Shown: positions 1-14,122 of the stretch, piece by piece | Numbering within the stretch: position 1 is the first letter of the stretch | Layout of the letters: every line of letters starts with the position of its first letter | Origin: Antedon mediterranea | Taxonomy: Eukaryota > Animalia > Echinodermata | Length of the DNA stretch: 64,000 nucleotides | NCBI RefSeq assembly: GCF_964355755.1 | Contig: NC_092672.1 | Location: forward strand, 9,114,001 to 9,178,000 | Direction: 5' to 3' | Translations under genes and position numbers: made by a program | Notes under the pieces: generated by a model | Database searches by the model: none | What the model was told of the DNA's origin: nothing | The model's input: the letters and a program-made list of their open reading frames with translations, nothing else

Positions 1-410
1 AGTCTTTCCCGGAATCTTTATGTTTTCCGGTTTTTACAGCCAAACCCATTTTCAGCGAAAACCAAACTATTGCATAATACAAATAGATGAATTCACAACC
101 AATTTTCATATATGCCGTTGACAAAATTTGTCAACGGCATGCTTCCATTCTTGGGATGTCATCCAGAATATAAATTATTGTTAAAAATTGTTAAAGTAAG
201 TTTTAGTGAACTCTAGTAGGATCGATACGGTACCATCAATCAATATGACTGCGCAATAAAGGCTAAGTGCAATCGAAGAGAGGGGACATTTAATCTTTAT
301 AAAACGCTCTATGGAATTCACTGAAATTATTGGTATGGTCAATTATCAACAAAAAATGTTTAAAATATTTAAAAGATGCACTTTTTTATTTGCAGTAATT
401 TTACGGAATC

Positions 411-1193
411 ATGATGTTTTACTCATTGGTCTTAGGCATACAATTAATAATAGTCACAAAAGTATCAACGGAATTGTCGACCAACTTATCTGCTGGAACG
501 ACTGACTATGAGGTCTCAACGAACGCATTCTCTTTGGAAACTATAACTGACCCTATCAGTAAAATGTCTAGGCCTGCTACACAAAGCAATACTACGGTAT
601 CTTATGCTAGGCCCACTACTCCAAGACCCACAGTCACATATCCTGGAAGTCATACACAACATTTATCAACCAACAAGACAAACATTAATGGTGCGTTTAA
701 TGTTTCTGCAGTTCCTCTTGGAAGTTCATCAGCAAGGGTAAATTGGCATGTACCTTCAAATACTGTAGCGATTAAACACTATGTTGTTTTGAATTACAAA
801 GACAACTGCAAAAACAATGAATTATCAGATTTAAAACTCGACTCGAAGACAATTTTGGTAAATCTTACTATCAGTTCAGTAATAATAGGTAACCTATCGC
901 ACGTTACTAAATACTGTGCATGTGTGGTTAGTATATCTTACTCCGAAAAGGATATCTCAGGAGTTAACAACTGTAATAGGTTTACAACAGAGTATGATCA
1001 TCTAAATACGAAAGCTACAGTAGCCCTCTCAATTGCATCAAGTTTTATGGTTCTGTTTTGTATAATAGCTATTTACAATGTTGTGAGGAGTACGCGGATG
1101 TTGTCCAGACAAGCGAAAGATGAAGAGTTAATACCAACTGTTAATCATGACCTATCGACTAATAGTGATGACGACAACATTGAAAATCCATGA
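411..1193 (+). CDS. Type I membrane protein: signal peptide, Ser/Thr/Pro-rich stalk, one fibronectin type III domain, TM helix, short acidic tail
   Basis: 260-aa ORF with a hydrophobic N-terminus, an S/T-rich region, FN3-like motifs (FNVSAVPLGSSSARVNW...YVV...NLSHVTKYCACVVS) and TM segment VALSIASSFMVLFCIIAIYNVV. A splice acceptor (ttttatttgcag) lies just upstream of the ATG, so the CDS appears to be a single exon. Confidence 0.8.
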   Translation: MMFYSLVLGIQLIIVTKVSTELSTNLSAGTTDYEVSTNAFSLETITDPISKMSRPATQSNTTVSYARPTTPRPTVTYPGSHTQHLSTNKTNINGAFNVSAVPLGSSSARVNWHVPSNTVAIKHYVVLNYKDNCKNNELSDLKLDSKTILVNLTISSVIIGNLSHVTKYCACVVSISYSEKDISGVNNCNRFTTEYDHLNTKATVALSIASSFMVLFCIIAIYNVVRSTRMLSRQAKDEELIPTVNHDLSTNSDDDNIENP

Positions 1194-2730
1194 TATAGGA
1201 ATAATTTATGCTACACTTTTTAAAAATAGTGATATGATGTCGGTCAATACGTAACACTTTTGACATGTAAAATGAACAACAATCAGCTAAATTCATTCGT
1301 CACAATAGCATAAACGTACACTGGTCTTCCGCACCCGCATGACCCCGAGTAGGTCTACTAATCTTTCTCCGTAGGTATGCATTACGTCATTCTATTAAAG
1401 AAGCACGCATTACTGCACGGATTGTAACTAGCGCCATCACGGTGACATGCGAAACTTTTTTACTGAAAATGTTTAACTTAAAATAAAAAGGTGATTTAAC
1501 AAAAGTAATAAATAAGAAACATTCACTATGTACAAACATTGAAACGTAATACTGTACATGACTCTAATAAACACAGTGTTATTAATGCATTTTCAAATCC
1601 ATTATCTTTCATTTCATTTAGCCTCCTACTGTAGTTGTATGGATGTTTAACATGTTTTTTTTAATTATTAAATAAGTAATAAATACTTAATCAAAACGTT
1701 TTTATCTGTATCAGAGATCTTGATCAATTGTGCTTGGTGATTAGCAGTCTGATGATGACGTCGTCTATCGGTCGATAGAGACCGACACGGTCTGTAAATA
1801 AGTTCTTGGTTTAATTAATTATTATCAATCAATTACATAATTATTAGGTTATTCAAGAAAGAAATTGTAGAATCCAAGAACAATTGCACGCGATAGACTT
1901 CGCTCAAGCGTGGCCAATTCCTCCAGAATTATAAATCAATGGATTTATAATTACAGAGATCACAGTACATACACAGCCTACTTGTGCTATTATGTTATAT
2001 GTTATGATAAAATAATATTGATCAATCGTTATATATAATTGATAATGTAGGCTAAGTCTACGCTCGAGTCTTCGTCTCCGTTTCGACTCATCTGTGCCCT
2101 TTTTAAATGTAATAATTTGTTACATATTTGAGAACTTGATTGGTATAAGTTTATGTTATAAAAATAATTTGAGTAGTTACATGTGTTCCTTTTTTAGCCC
2201 AGGAAACTTTATTTATATTTATTATATTATTACATTCGTTTTAAGCGTATAGTTTTTAGCGTGTAGATAAAGTAATGGGTTGTGTTTTATAATACTAAAG
2301 ACAATAATTGACGTCTAGAACATCCGTGGTGATGATCAGGGCATAACAATAATGCTGTTTGGTTTTAATATGTTTTGCAAAATATAACACACATTTAAGT
2401 AAACTTAAATAGGCCTACTTGAAAAATTTGTAATAATATTTATATTTATTATACATTCACCCGTGATGAACTTATTTACGGCGGTGTAAATTAATATCAG
2501 ATAATGAAGAAAGGAGTAATTAATAGAAGCATTGCAAATCAATAAAATCAATGATGTGAATCTATATGTAAATATACCATTTATTGATAATAATGAATAC
2601 TGTAACTAAACTGATCGATCTGGCTGTATTGAAAGTAATCAAATGAATGAAATGAATAACAGTAATTCGATGTATTGGTTGTCAACTTAGCAATACACAC
2701 AAACTCTTCGTTCATTACAACTTTTAGAAA

Positions 2731-5700
2731 ATGACGATGATGAAGAATAGCACAATCTTTGTCCAATTTACCGTTGCGTTTATATTTCTTTTCCGTATTA
2801 CCAGTGCCGTGGTGACATGTCCAAATACGGAAACAAACGCCATCTATCATGGTCGCAAGCACTGGACAATTCCAGATGCTATGACTACTTACAACGATAC
2901 TGACTTGGCGAGTTGTTCAGTGTTTTGTCGTCAAGACACTAACTGTAAATCGTTCGCGTTTGCTGAAAACACCTGTACGCTGTATTTGATCCAGGTGGGC
3001 AAGAATACCAGGAAGCTTGTTAAAGATTTAAAGTCGGTGCATTTTGATGGTCTTCAAGAAATACCAAAGAAACAGGTAGGTGTTTGTTGTTTTCTATCAA
3101 ACAATAAAGTTAATAAATTAACTTACTAAGCCTCTGCAGCAGTACATTAGACGGAGCAAGTTGACTCCGAATTTTATAGGTCTATACTGAATAATAAAAA
3201 TGTTTTAAACATAATATGATCTGTGAATACTTTTTTTTACTTGATTTGTTTTGTTTATTATTATTATTATTATTATTTCCAATTCAATATTTTAGGACAA
3301 TTTGTAATGTTTAAGTAAGTTGTTTGTGTTAGATACCGTACGTATCGTTGCCTGATACCATAATGTTTATTTTGCTCTTTTAGAGTCGTTTTGGAACATG
3401 TTCAGTGGGAAACTTGTGTCAGAATGGAGCAAGCTGCGTTAACGACTGTAGTGACAGAGGTTACAGCTGTGTCTGTGCAAAGAGGTTCAGAGGCATTAAC
3501 TGCGAACATGGTAAGTTAATTACTAACAATTCAACATTTGAATTATTAATTAATCTCTTTTAAACTAGAACTATAACAGTAAAGCTCTGTCTACACTGTC
3601 AAACTTTATGTGACAAAAAAATGTGATGTGCCAATATAATGGACACGCCGACGTCATATCACTATCATATTTGGGCACATCACACTTTTTTGTCAAACTA
3701 GTTTGATAGTGTAGACAGTGCTTTAGAGAGTTTCGACATATATTCCGTAGTGTTTCCTAATAAAGTTCTGTTATGGTTTAGGAGTTAAAGATCGACTTAG
3801 TTTAACGGATACTATTACAGTTGGGTATCCTGGACGTATAGGCCATTTCTGGTCTAAAGGAAAACTTTACATCGTTGTCGGAAGTCGGTAAGTTATAATT
3901 TTAATTAAACTGTTTGCAACGTGTAACAATATTTTCCAATATTTGATGTACGATGTATTAAACCTTGTATAGACTATCAAGCTAGTTTGACAAAAACATG
4001 TACCCAAATATGGTAGTGATATTAAATCATCGTGTACATATTTTTGTTACATAAAGATTAATAGTGTAGACAGAGCTTTAGTCAATGAGCAATTGAATCT
4101 GTTTATGCGTTGAATGGTGAGACTATTTCACGTTTTGAAATGGCAGGCATACATCATGTGTGTTTACAATTGTAGTTAATAGTAGAGGTTGTTATTTCTA
4201 TTTTTCGTATTCAATGATTTGATAATGGCTAGTTGGTGTCTTCGTTCAAATGTGAAGCATTTTTTGCTTTTATTTAAAACAATGTTTGTCTACAGAGGAT
4301 CAACGGATGGCCTATACGTTTATAGATATAATTTGGAGACATCAACATCTGAGCAGATACAATTAATTGAAGATAGTCGTATTTGGCGCCCTAATATATT
4401 TACTCTAGAAGATGATGTGTATGTTGCAATGTCAAAGACATATTCAGCAGATCTTCTGAACACATATCGCTTCAACCCAGAAACTGGTAATTATGTCTTG
4501 CACATTGTTACAACTTGTAACATAATTTGATGTCCGATTTTATACTCGCATTGGCGAACTTCGAGAGAATGTTAGTTGGGATGTCATTATATTATTATGC
4601 ATCTACTGCTGTACGGGTCAATTAAATTCCAGAACAATTACACAAACGCAGTAACAAATCGGAACAAAAAAAAACGTCCTCTCGCTAGTGTGTTTTTCCA
4701 CCGGTCCTTTTTGAAATCTCGGAAGAATTTCACCAAAATTTCCTTTAAACCAACTTGTTACTTTTTGCAGATGTGGAAAGAGTAATGTCGTAAACAGGAT
4801 ACAATTATTTTCAAGAAACTTGATTAGTTTCAATTATTTGGAATCGTTCTAAAAACACTCTTCTCTGATAAGACACTAGCGGGTAATACTAGTAAGGTTG
4901 ATATATGGTAACATAAAACAAACACCGACAAAAAGTTAGGCAAGTCATTATGATTTTACAGTATTTTTCGAACTATTTTTGTTCATCTTCAAGAATAAAG
5001 AATACAATGTGACATATTTTATGCAACGCATGTGGATTTATATTTATATAAATCGTTATGTATTCATATATTTTATTTATTTAAACAAAGTACAGTTTTC
5101 AGATATTGTTTATGGTTTACAAATTACTTTATTTATAAATTTGATTTGTGAAATATCTTTTAAAAAGAACAATTTGAGGATTCGTTCACAACGGAATGTG
5201 GACGTTGCTCGACATCATTTTTACAAGATAGTAGAGGAGACTCAAGTTGGTTTGTTGCTCGATTTGAAAATTCCGCTAAGACTACAAACTCCGAAATGCT
5301 TTCTTTTACAAGAGATGGTGTTGGTAACAAGTACTCTCAGGTAAATGTAATATTGTTTTCGAAGTTGACTATAGAAGCTGACAGTATTATTAGCTATCAT
5401 AATATAATTAAATCAAATATTCTGTTATATCATCAAAATAATAATAATGCCTTCCGTATCTTCTGATTATACCCAATTCTTTTTGCTATAAAATGTTAAT
5501 GATTATTATCCGATATATTTTTTTTTGTATTCAGTTAATCGAAACAAATGGAGTAGAAAGCTCGCACATGTTTGAAATGGACGGAAGTAACTATCTAGTA
5601 TTACCACAGACACGCAATACAGGTGGAGATCTCCAAGACACGTTGATCTATCGGCAACGTCACGATTATGGTAAGAAACATTCTTGGCAAACTTTACACG

Positions 5701-8700
5701 TCACCCATTCGGGTCTCGGAGAGATCAATATACAAATAATGAATGTTTATGAGTGTAATGATGAATGTTGAAATATAACCTTTCATCATTCACCTCATGC
5801 CATTATTTGTACCATTACACGAATACAAAAACATTCATCACATCTAAATATTCCTGTCATTTGAATCAGATTGATTGAATCACAATAAAAGATAGGCCTA
5901 CAATTGATTCACATTGAACTTTTGTAACATACTTTACATTGCAAAACAATTATATATGTTTGGTTTTTTTATAATATATTTATTATTTGAATTTTATAAT
6001 CACACCTACGGTAGTGTTAATTATGTCAACAAACTCCCCCCAAAAACAATCATAGGCCTAGCTCTAATAAAGCGCCTAGCCTAGTCCTAGTTATTAGGCT
6101 GCGAAAGGCAGCGATACCATTACGAAACTTCGCCAGGAAATTGAAACTGTTTTATGCTAATTGTGTGTTTTTCCTACGATTCCCCATCTTGCAGAATTTT
6201 TCTTATTAATTATTCAAAATCATACAAACGATCTAAAGCTAATTTAAATGCTTTTTTGACCTAAAGTAGTATGTAGCCTTGTAATTAAAGAGATGTCATA
6301 CTACGCCGCAGCCATCAAAGAAGGTTTTATAAAAAAAATTATAATATGGCACTTTTATTTAGATCGAAACCAACCGTTATACACTTTGTCTTTTCAGGAC
6401 GACCAAAAACAGCATCAGTATTTGCAATTTTCATTTTAAATGAAGGTAAACCATTTATAGTATCTAAAGAAATTTTAGATCTTCTTCCCTTTGGTTACCA
6501 AACTACATTATTTTTGTACAATATCCTCCAAAGTTTTACTACTGGGGTCAAATCTTAGTTTGTGCGTGTTATTTTACTTCCTTCATGGTTATTCATACTA
6601 TTCGGGCCCACTACGAATTTGAGCCACAGCCAAAGTGCGTATATTTTCCAGGCGAAAATCGGCAATACATTAGCAACTCTTTGAAGTTTACAGACACGAT
6701 CAACGTACGAAGAAGATGTTCACGATCGAGTTTACAAATCAAGTCAATTTACGACTTTGGTACCATGGGGGCTGCGGACGTATGTGGAGGATTGTCAGAG
6801 ATGGGGTGAGGGTATTGGGCATGTCGTTGATGGGTTTCGCAGTTGATTAAGGGGGATTCGCTGTAAATGGAGAGGCTACCCCCTGGCTACGGACCTGGTC
6901 AATGTCTTCTTTTGTTCTTATTTTCAAAAGTTAACATTTTAGCCACTGGCTTATCGTACTACTGTAGTAACGTGAAGCGACGCCTATAAACAAAATACAT
7001 ATTAAGTCTCGTTTGTCAAAATATATGTCATCTCGTTGTTTAGAATGCTATACTGCTACTGATGGTGTTGATTATCGAGGTATAGTAAGTACCACCACTG
7101 ACGGTTACACGTGTCAAAAGTGGACAGACCAAACGCCTCATACACACAGTTACACACCAGAGACATATCCTGGTTCTGGGTTGGGAGACCACAACTATTG
7201 CCGTAATCCCGCTTTGGGTGTGACGGCCTGGTGTCACACAACCGATTCTACAAGGACATGGGAATACTGTGATATTGGCACTCCAGCAATAAACTGCAGT
7301 ATGTAAACAATTTTTTTTTTCTTATTTTGCATATTAATCAATGTTTGTGCAGAAAACAATACACATACGAAGCGACTCGCGTCAAGCGTCAAACCGAACC
7401 GTAACTATGACGCGACGAACGATTTCAGTGTGAACATCAAATAAATCGAATAATGAGACGTGAGGCGTCAATCGATTTATAACTTCAACGCGATGAATTC
7501 GGAGATTGCGAAGGCTTCTTGCTTGAATTCTATCAAGCTTCGCGCGACTCACTTCGATTTGACGCCTACCGCGTGTCGCTTCACGTGTAAATGTACAATG
7601 TGCACCGGCCTTTAGTATAGTCTAATGTACATCAGAAACGCCAACCTGATTCTGTTTGTGTGTGGACGCTATATTGACATTTGTTTTTCAATACTGGACC
7701 TGGTCACAAAATCAAACAATTCTCCAATTCTCCCCATACTGGCGGGAATCTTCAGAATGTCATTTCCCAATAAAATTTAATTTCCTCCGGATATTTTGGA
7801 TAAACAAAAAATATCCGTATCTATATATAAATTTACGTAAGGGCAAAATTCGGTAAATCGCGCCTTACTTCTAGAATTTTTACTCGATGGTATATAAAGT
7901 TGGTTCGTACTTTCGGTACTGATTTTAACCACCTGATGTAACCCTCTTTACTAATTAAATTAAGTTAGATAATTAGTTATTGACGATTAAAACGAATTTA
8001 GGTTCAACGATTTGCCCCAAATAGGGGTGTTTTTCGATCGTGGTATACACTGTCTAATGGATGTCCATCTTTAAAAATACCCGCCACAAAAATGCGAGGA
8101 GGCTTCGCATTTTCCTATCTCCTCCTACGATAATTGTTTTTAATAGCTGAAAACCGGTTGAACAGCTAGAGTACAGCATCATAATGTTGAAGACAGGCCG
8201 ATTTTCTTTAAAAAATACTATTTTGATAGATTTAATATACGATTATACAAATGTATTGATTTGCGATGAATGGAACATCCCAATCTCTCAGTCTGCCAGA
8301 GTTTGGTTTAACACAAGTAGGTAAATTTATGAGCCCTTGGTTTAACACATACGGGTAGGTAAATATATGGGCCCTTTGAGAATAAACTTGAAATACTTTG
8401 ACAATACTTTAAATACCTATTAACTATTTTTGGTCCTCATTTGAATCGAACATTTCTTACTGTGAATGTTCGTACTGTTAGATGTAATATAAAAATATAT
8501 ACAAATAAACTTTATTACTGAGATTGTGGTTAGGCCTCACTGTTAGATATATAAACACATTATTATATACAAATAAACTTTATACTGACAGTTCCCTCTC
8601 AACGTTTGTATTAATTATTAATTAATAATTACCAATAATATAAACGTCGTAGTGGTGTATCGTGACATGTACTTTAATATTTCAATCGATTATGACAGTG

Positions 8701-11700
8701 ACAGTTTTAGCAAAGTATTAAATCGCAAATGTTTTACTGTATTTAGAGGTATATTATTTATAGGCCTATAAAACATGAACAAAATATTTCGTTACTTAGT
8801 GGAAAAAGAATATATTTAAAAATTGTTCCTCTTTGTACCTATCTGCTTTCCCATCCCTCAAACCTAATGTTACATACAAAACACAAATTGGGTTTCTTTA
8901 AATGAGTCCAAATCAAACATTTGGACTCATTTTGTGATAAGTTTCTCCTTCGGAAGTAATTCCCAGGGTGCTAATTTTAGTTTAGTTTATTCGTTTCTGT
9001 AAACGACAATGTATTGTAGTCCTTCGGTACGTACATTTGAAATCACCAGTTTTGTTACGCTGAAATTACTGTGTATTCGAGAACCATGTGGGCACGACCT
9101 AGATGGTACGCGAGCGAAGCGAGCGTACCATCTAGTATTTATAATTTTTGCTACTCCAGTTAAAGGGAAAAACAATGAAAATATGCTAATATCGGTCCGT
9201 AAGTTCTTTATAACAAATGCATGTATTGTTTAATATGTGAAATAATGAGTTGGCATCGTATTTTCCGCCTTTGAGACATCTGACCCATGTTTAGTATTAT
9301 TATTATTGCTCTATGTAATATATTTTTTAAATAGTATACCGCCCTCAATAATAGTTTGGACAAGCTTTCGTAAAACCTCCCAATATTTAATTTTTCCGAG
9401 TTGGGATGTTTGCAAAAAATTTGCTTTAATTAGAACCTAAACCTGGACGACAAACAAATAATGTTGTCCTTACTATTAGATGGACAATTAGGACATCTTA
9501 ACGTAAGATGAAAGAGACCGTACTGTAGGCTCTAAGTGTAACTTCCTACAGTAATGCCTACCTAACGGGTTGGTACCGCATTAACACAATTATTTATTAT
9601 ATTATAATCACAAACACTTACACATTGAATAACAGCTTACTGTACACGAGGTGTGTTTACAAATGTTTGATCCATAATTATTCTTTGCCTATAGTTTCGA
9701 GTTATTACCTAACTTCCTATTCTTTTGTTTTCCTTTTGTTTTTCTTTATAATCATACCTAATTGTAGCCGCTGGTAAGTTATTGTAATATCATATAATAA
9801 ATGTTATAGACCTGGTAGGTTCCAACTACACCATCCTGATTATGAAATTATTGCAATTTATATGAAAACATCTTTATTAAGCTTGTCCATTGCATTAGAT
9901 GTAGTTGATGACCTTTATACAATACAAATGAGACCATGGTTAAACTCTTCTCAAATAAACATATTTCTTAAAAAATAGGATTTAAAAAAATAATAATAAA
10001 ACATGCAATAATATGAATGAACATTTCCAAAATATAATTTTCTCAACGGACCACAAACCGTCAACCCTCAACTGGATAAACTCGTCCAGATCTTCTTCTA
10101 AAGAAATAAAATGATCAATGTTCAGAATATGTTTTTAATTGTCTGACATTGTTTTAACGTCGCGTTACTGTAATTATTTTTTTCCTGACCATCATATCCA
10201 ACATATATAGCTTGGAAACTTGTGTTCAAAGCTGTTTCTGGTGTTAATAACGTTGATCTGTATGATCTGTGGAGCACAGTAGGATCAAGGAATGAAGGAA
10301 ACCAAGATGCCATGAAGCTTGATGATTCCTTTAGAGACCATTACAAAAGCAGCCTAGTTGACGCTTGGGATAAGGTTTCAAAAGTAAGTTTTAAAGATGT
10401 ATTGTCCCCCTGAAAAATATTGTTTTTATATATTTTTTTTAATATGCCATTTTAATGTCTCATAATAGTTATCCACTTTGACCAAAAAATGGATCTAAAC
10501 AAAATTTATTTACCTGAAAAAATGAAATTTAAAGCAAAAAATGATCAAATTGGCTGCCAGCCAATGGATTTTTGGTTGAATTTGACCATTTATTGTGCTA
10601 TTTTATAAGTGATAAGTTTTCGTGGTTTTTTTTCTACGGAAGTGATAACTTTATTAAAACTACAAAATAACTTAAAATCAGATTAAAAATCTGATTTAAT
10701 TAATCTTCGTGTTTTTGGTGAAACAATACATCATTAAGGTGGAAAGGCGTGTAATTCTACCCTCGTAGGGAACTTTAATTACGGTACTCCTCTTTCTAAT
10801 ATTTCCTTTGTCCTCCACACTTCTCTCATTCTCAGTCTATGTTACGGGCTTACTAATTATTTCATACTTGTTTTCTGACAGGTGAAAATTGCTTTATATG
10901 ACAAAGGAAAGTCTAAATTGTCGCTAATATTCAACGCTGTGGACGCTAGTAAAACTGAATGGTTCACCAAAGAAAGGCTGTTGAATTACCCGTGGAAAGA
11001 CCTCCGGACTAAAACACCACAAATGTTTGAACTGTTCCCTACAAGGTTAGTTATAACAGTTTATGGAATTAGTAGATGTTTTTATTTAATTGTAAAACAG
11101 GCTGATTTGAGCGATAACCCGATTATAAGCTGCAATGTATTCCTATTTCATAGTAGACGAGAGAAGTCCTTGACCAATGTTAGGACCAATCAAGGTGCTT
11201 TAAACAGTCCTGGCTTTGTTTGTATCAAACAGTGTTAGTGGCGGTAATTATCGCTGTTGGTTTCGAATGAATAAAATTAAAAAATATATAAAAAAAATAC
11301 AATAATCATGTTTTGTATTTACCTAACGAGTGTGGCTCTACTATGTTGGCACTCGACCAACTGGCTTTATCAATTAAGAGAGGGTATAGTATATTAATTA
11401 TAATAAAATAAAATAATATTTTTATTGTGGTATATTAATTTTTAAAAACAGCAAACATGAAAGAATAATATCAAATCACCATAGAAAAAGAATAATTAAT
11501 TTTTGGAAAATGTGTCTGTCACATACAGTACTTATCAATTGACAAATACACTTGTACAATTGTTTTAACCCAGATGTCGCACTTTAATATGTCTTACAGT
11601 TCAAATGGAAACAGATTTGGTATATATGACGTCATTGGCAATTGTGCAGATCACAAATTCTGGATGGCAATATCGACCTTTGAAGAATGTGATTACGAAA

Positions 11701-14122
11701 TGACTGAACCACGACCAATTTTTATGTACTCTGATCGAAAAACGTCAATAAAGGCCACGTCAGATGGTATGCTAATAAAACTTTATCAACATTTTATGTA
11801 AAACAACATGAGGAATTTCAACAACAATAAAAAACCGATAGAACATTCGAAATTTCCAGGAAAAAAAATTAGGAAACTACCATTTTTTTAGAAGTGCCAG
11901 ATGATAGTATTTACCCAATTACTTGTCAAAAAAATACAAATCTGGATTTTTAATAATACAAATAATACCAAAAGAGTAATTCTTATAGTCATGTTTCATT
12001 TAAAATATATTTCAGTTTTTCTGGGCTGTTACCTCGATAACGGGGCTGAGAGAGCGCTTTCTAGTTACATTTTTATGTCGCCTGGTGTAACAGCCTGGGA
12101 TTGTCTTGACCTATGCCGTGGTTTGGATTACAAATATGCTGGTGTTGATATCATGAACACCGCATGTTATTGTGGTGACAGCGGTTATGCTTCTGGTGGC
12201 ACTACAAGTTGTTTAGGTCGTACCGAATCCGACGCAACGCTTATGATGAGTACAGGTATTTGTTTGTTATTCTCCCTATAATTATTTTTTCTTCTTCTTG
12301 TTTTCATATGAAAGAAAACAAAATATACCTTTGATAGCGGTATTATTATGGTAATATGTTTTTGTACTGATATCCTTTTTCCTAGAGTTCGTACAGATAG
12401 GTCGTTCCGTTTTTTTCTCGTTTGAAACGGGTATAATTAGTTATTAATATATTATTAGTGAAAAATGTGAAAAAAAAAACACCGTACTGAAATGTGCATG
12501 ACCTTATTATGAGTTTGAAAGAAGCAAAGCACCGACAAACTTGCCAATCTTAAAGTTCCAACTTTAGTAAAGTATGTAGTATATATTTCCTAAAACACTA
12601 TGATAATTATGATTTTTTTCTGATTGTTCTATTATTTCCAAATTTTGTTTATTTGAAGAAGATTGTAATAATTTGTAGAAAAATCAGTCGTAGTATGAGT
12701 CGAAAATGTTAACGTAAAATAAAGGAATCAGTACCGGTATACATAACCGGTTTTTGTTGTATCAATCCACCCAGAAATTAGTTAACAGCATGTATTGTTG
12801 TAAAAATAATAATATCAGTACAGGTTCAAGCTTCTCATCAACAACTATAGTTTTCTTAGTAGTGAATATTTTATTAGAATAATTATGACATAATATGGGA
12901 CATTATAGAGGGCGCTATATAAGCATGCAGAGAGATTAAATAATTTTGTGTAAACAGCGTTGCCAACCGAAATGTTTGGTTTAAAGGATTTAACCTATTA
13001 CACTGAAGCCCTGATCGGTTCGAGGTCTTTCAAGAACATTTTTAATAGTTGAAGAGAGATTATTTAGAGGGTTAGGTTTAGTAGAGTATATTTAGGAAGT
13101 AGATCAGCTATCTTGCAATACTTTATAATACAAAATAATAAAGGTAATGAATTATTCATGATTTCTGCCTTAACCTCATAGAAAAAAAATAATGCAACCC
13201 GATGTACTGGTCATCCAACTTGGAAATAATGTAAAAATAAACCACGAACCTTTTTGTATTTTGTCTTTTAGTACAGCCATGGACGTTACATCAGACTATT
13301 TCTGACACAAATTTGCCACAACATGTAGATTCTTTCCAAAATAATGGAAAGTATTATATAGTTGTACTAAGCTTTGGAGATAGTGAAGCGCGTCCAAGGC
13401 TAACCCATGTATATAGATATAGTAAATCAACAGAACTGTTTGAGCTTCATCAATCTATAGATAGACCTTACACGAGTTACCATTTTATACTCTTTGAGGT
13501 AAAGCTGGTTTATCTATTGAATTATTTCTGAGACTCAGGCTGAAGTACATTCACACTTGTTCTGGTTTCCTGGAACGGAAGACTGGCAATTTTGTTAAAT
13601 AAAAAATATTTTAAAAAAAATAGTAATTGTCTACAGCGGTGTGAACGTAACTGACGCACATGAATCATTTTCTTTGGATTTTTAGTCCACTGATGATCAC
13701 TATGCATTACTAAAATACATATTAAATAAATGAATAACTATTTATTATTTTAAAAATACCTTGTATTCTCAAAAGAACAGTTGGTTGCAATGAGACCTTT
13801 TAAAAACACATTTTAGTAGAATGATTTAGGAGTTTTAATAATATAAACTATCATGTTTATATTTCAGGCTTACAAACAACAATACCTTGTAGTGACGTCA
13901 TATACTGATGTCGTTACAAATGGTTACGTTGTTAAGGTACAGTTCTACAGACTAGAAGGCAATTACTTCGTAACACATTTTGAGATCGATACTTGTAGAT
14001 CTATTGGATGGGATAACTTTGTTACGGACAATGATGTCTATATTATTGAAGGCAACTACTACGGGGGACAATGTACCTCCGCAAATTCAAACGGGAATTT
14101 GAAAATATATAAATTAACATAA
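2731..14122 (+). CDS. Array copy 1: secreted SP-PAN-EGF-EPTPx4-strand-Kringle-domainX-WSC-EPTPx3 protein, about 870 aa
   Basis: Exons 2731-3075 (SP+PAN), 3384-3510 (EGF), 3782-3887, 4296-4486, 5168-5340, 5535-5670 (EPTP-like), 6398-6445, 7044-7298 (Kringle: YRG...CQKW...HNYCRNP...WC), 9768-9773 (microexon), 10211-10383, 10882-11045, 11600-11766 (domain X), 12016-12255 (WSC), 13272-13498, 13868-14122. All junctions are GT-AG with compatible phases; total 2613 nt, divisible by 3. Confidence 0.85.
3580..3725. mobile_element. MITE family A (TAA/TTA flanks, PIF/Harbinger-like); other copies at 3960-4080 and 24619-24762, fragment near 45915
   Basis: TIR agctctgtctacactgtcaaact ... agtttgatagtgtagacagtgct. 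Confidence 0.7.
9098..9136 (+). mobile_element. Helitron-like 3' terminus (GC-rich hairpin ending in CTAG-T)
   Basis: ctagatggtacgc-gagcgaagcga-gcgtaccatctag-t. Confidence 0.45.
10391..10737. mobile_element. MITE of the same TTAA family, inserted about 8 nt after a splice donor
   Basis: ttaaagatgtattgtcccc ... aaacaatacatcattaa. An internal fragment also occurs at ~32380-32500. Confidence 0.65.

Noticed and set aside
1745-1795. Hammerhead-like ctgatga...hairpin...gacacggtc
   Set aside because: GAAA is replaced by GACA and stem I does not pair; at best a decayed motif.
6398-6445. SVFAIFIL as a transmembrane segment
   Set aside because: The hydrophobic run is only about 8 residues; it fits a beta-strand better.
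7044-12255. Naming the genes Kremen, plasminogen/HGF or TSPEAR
   Set aside because: They share single domains only. There is no CUB/TM, protease or laminin-G domain, so no gene symbol was assigned.
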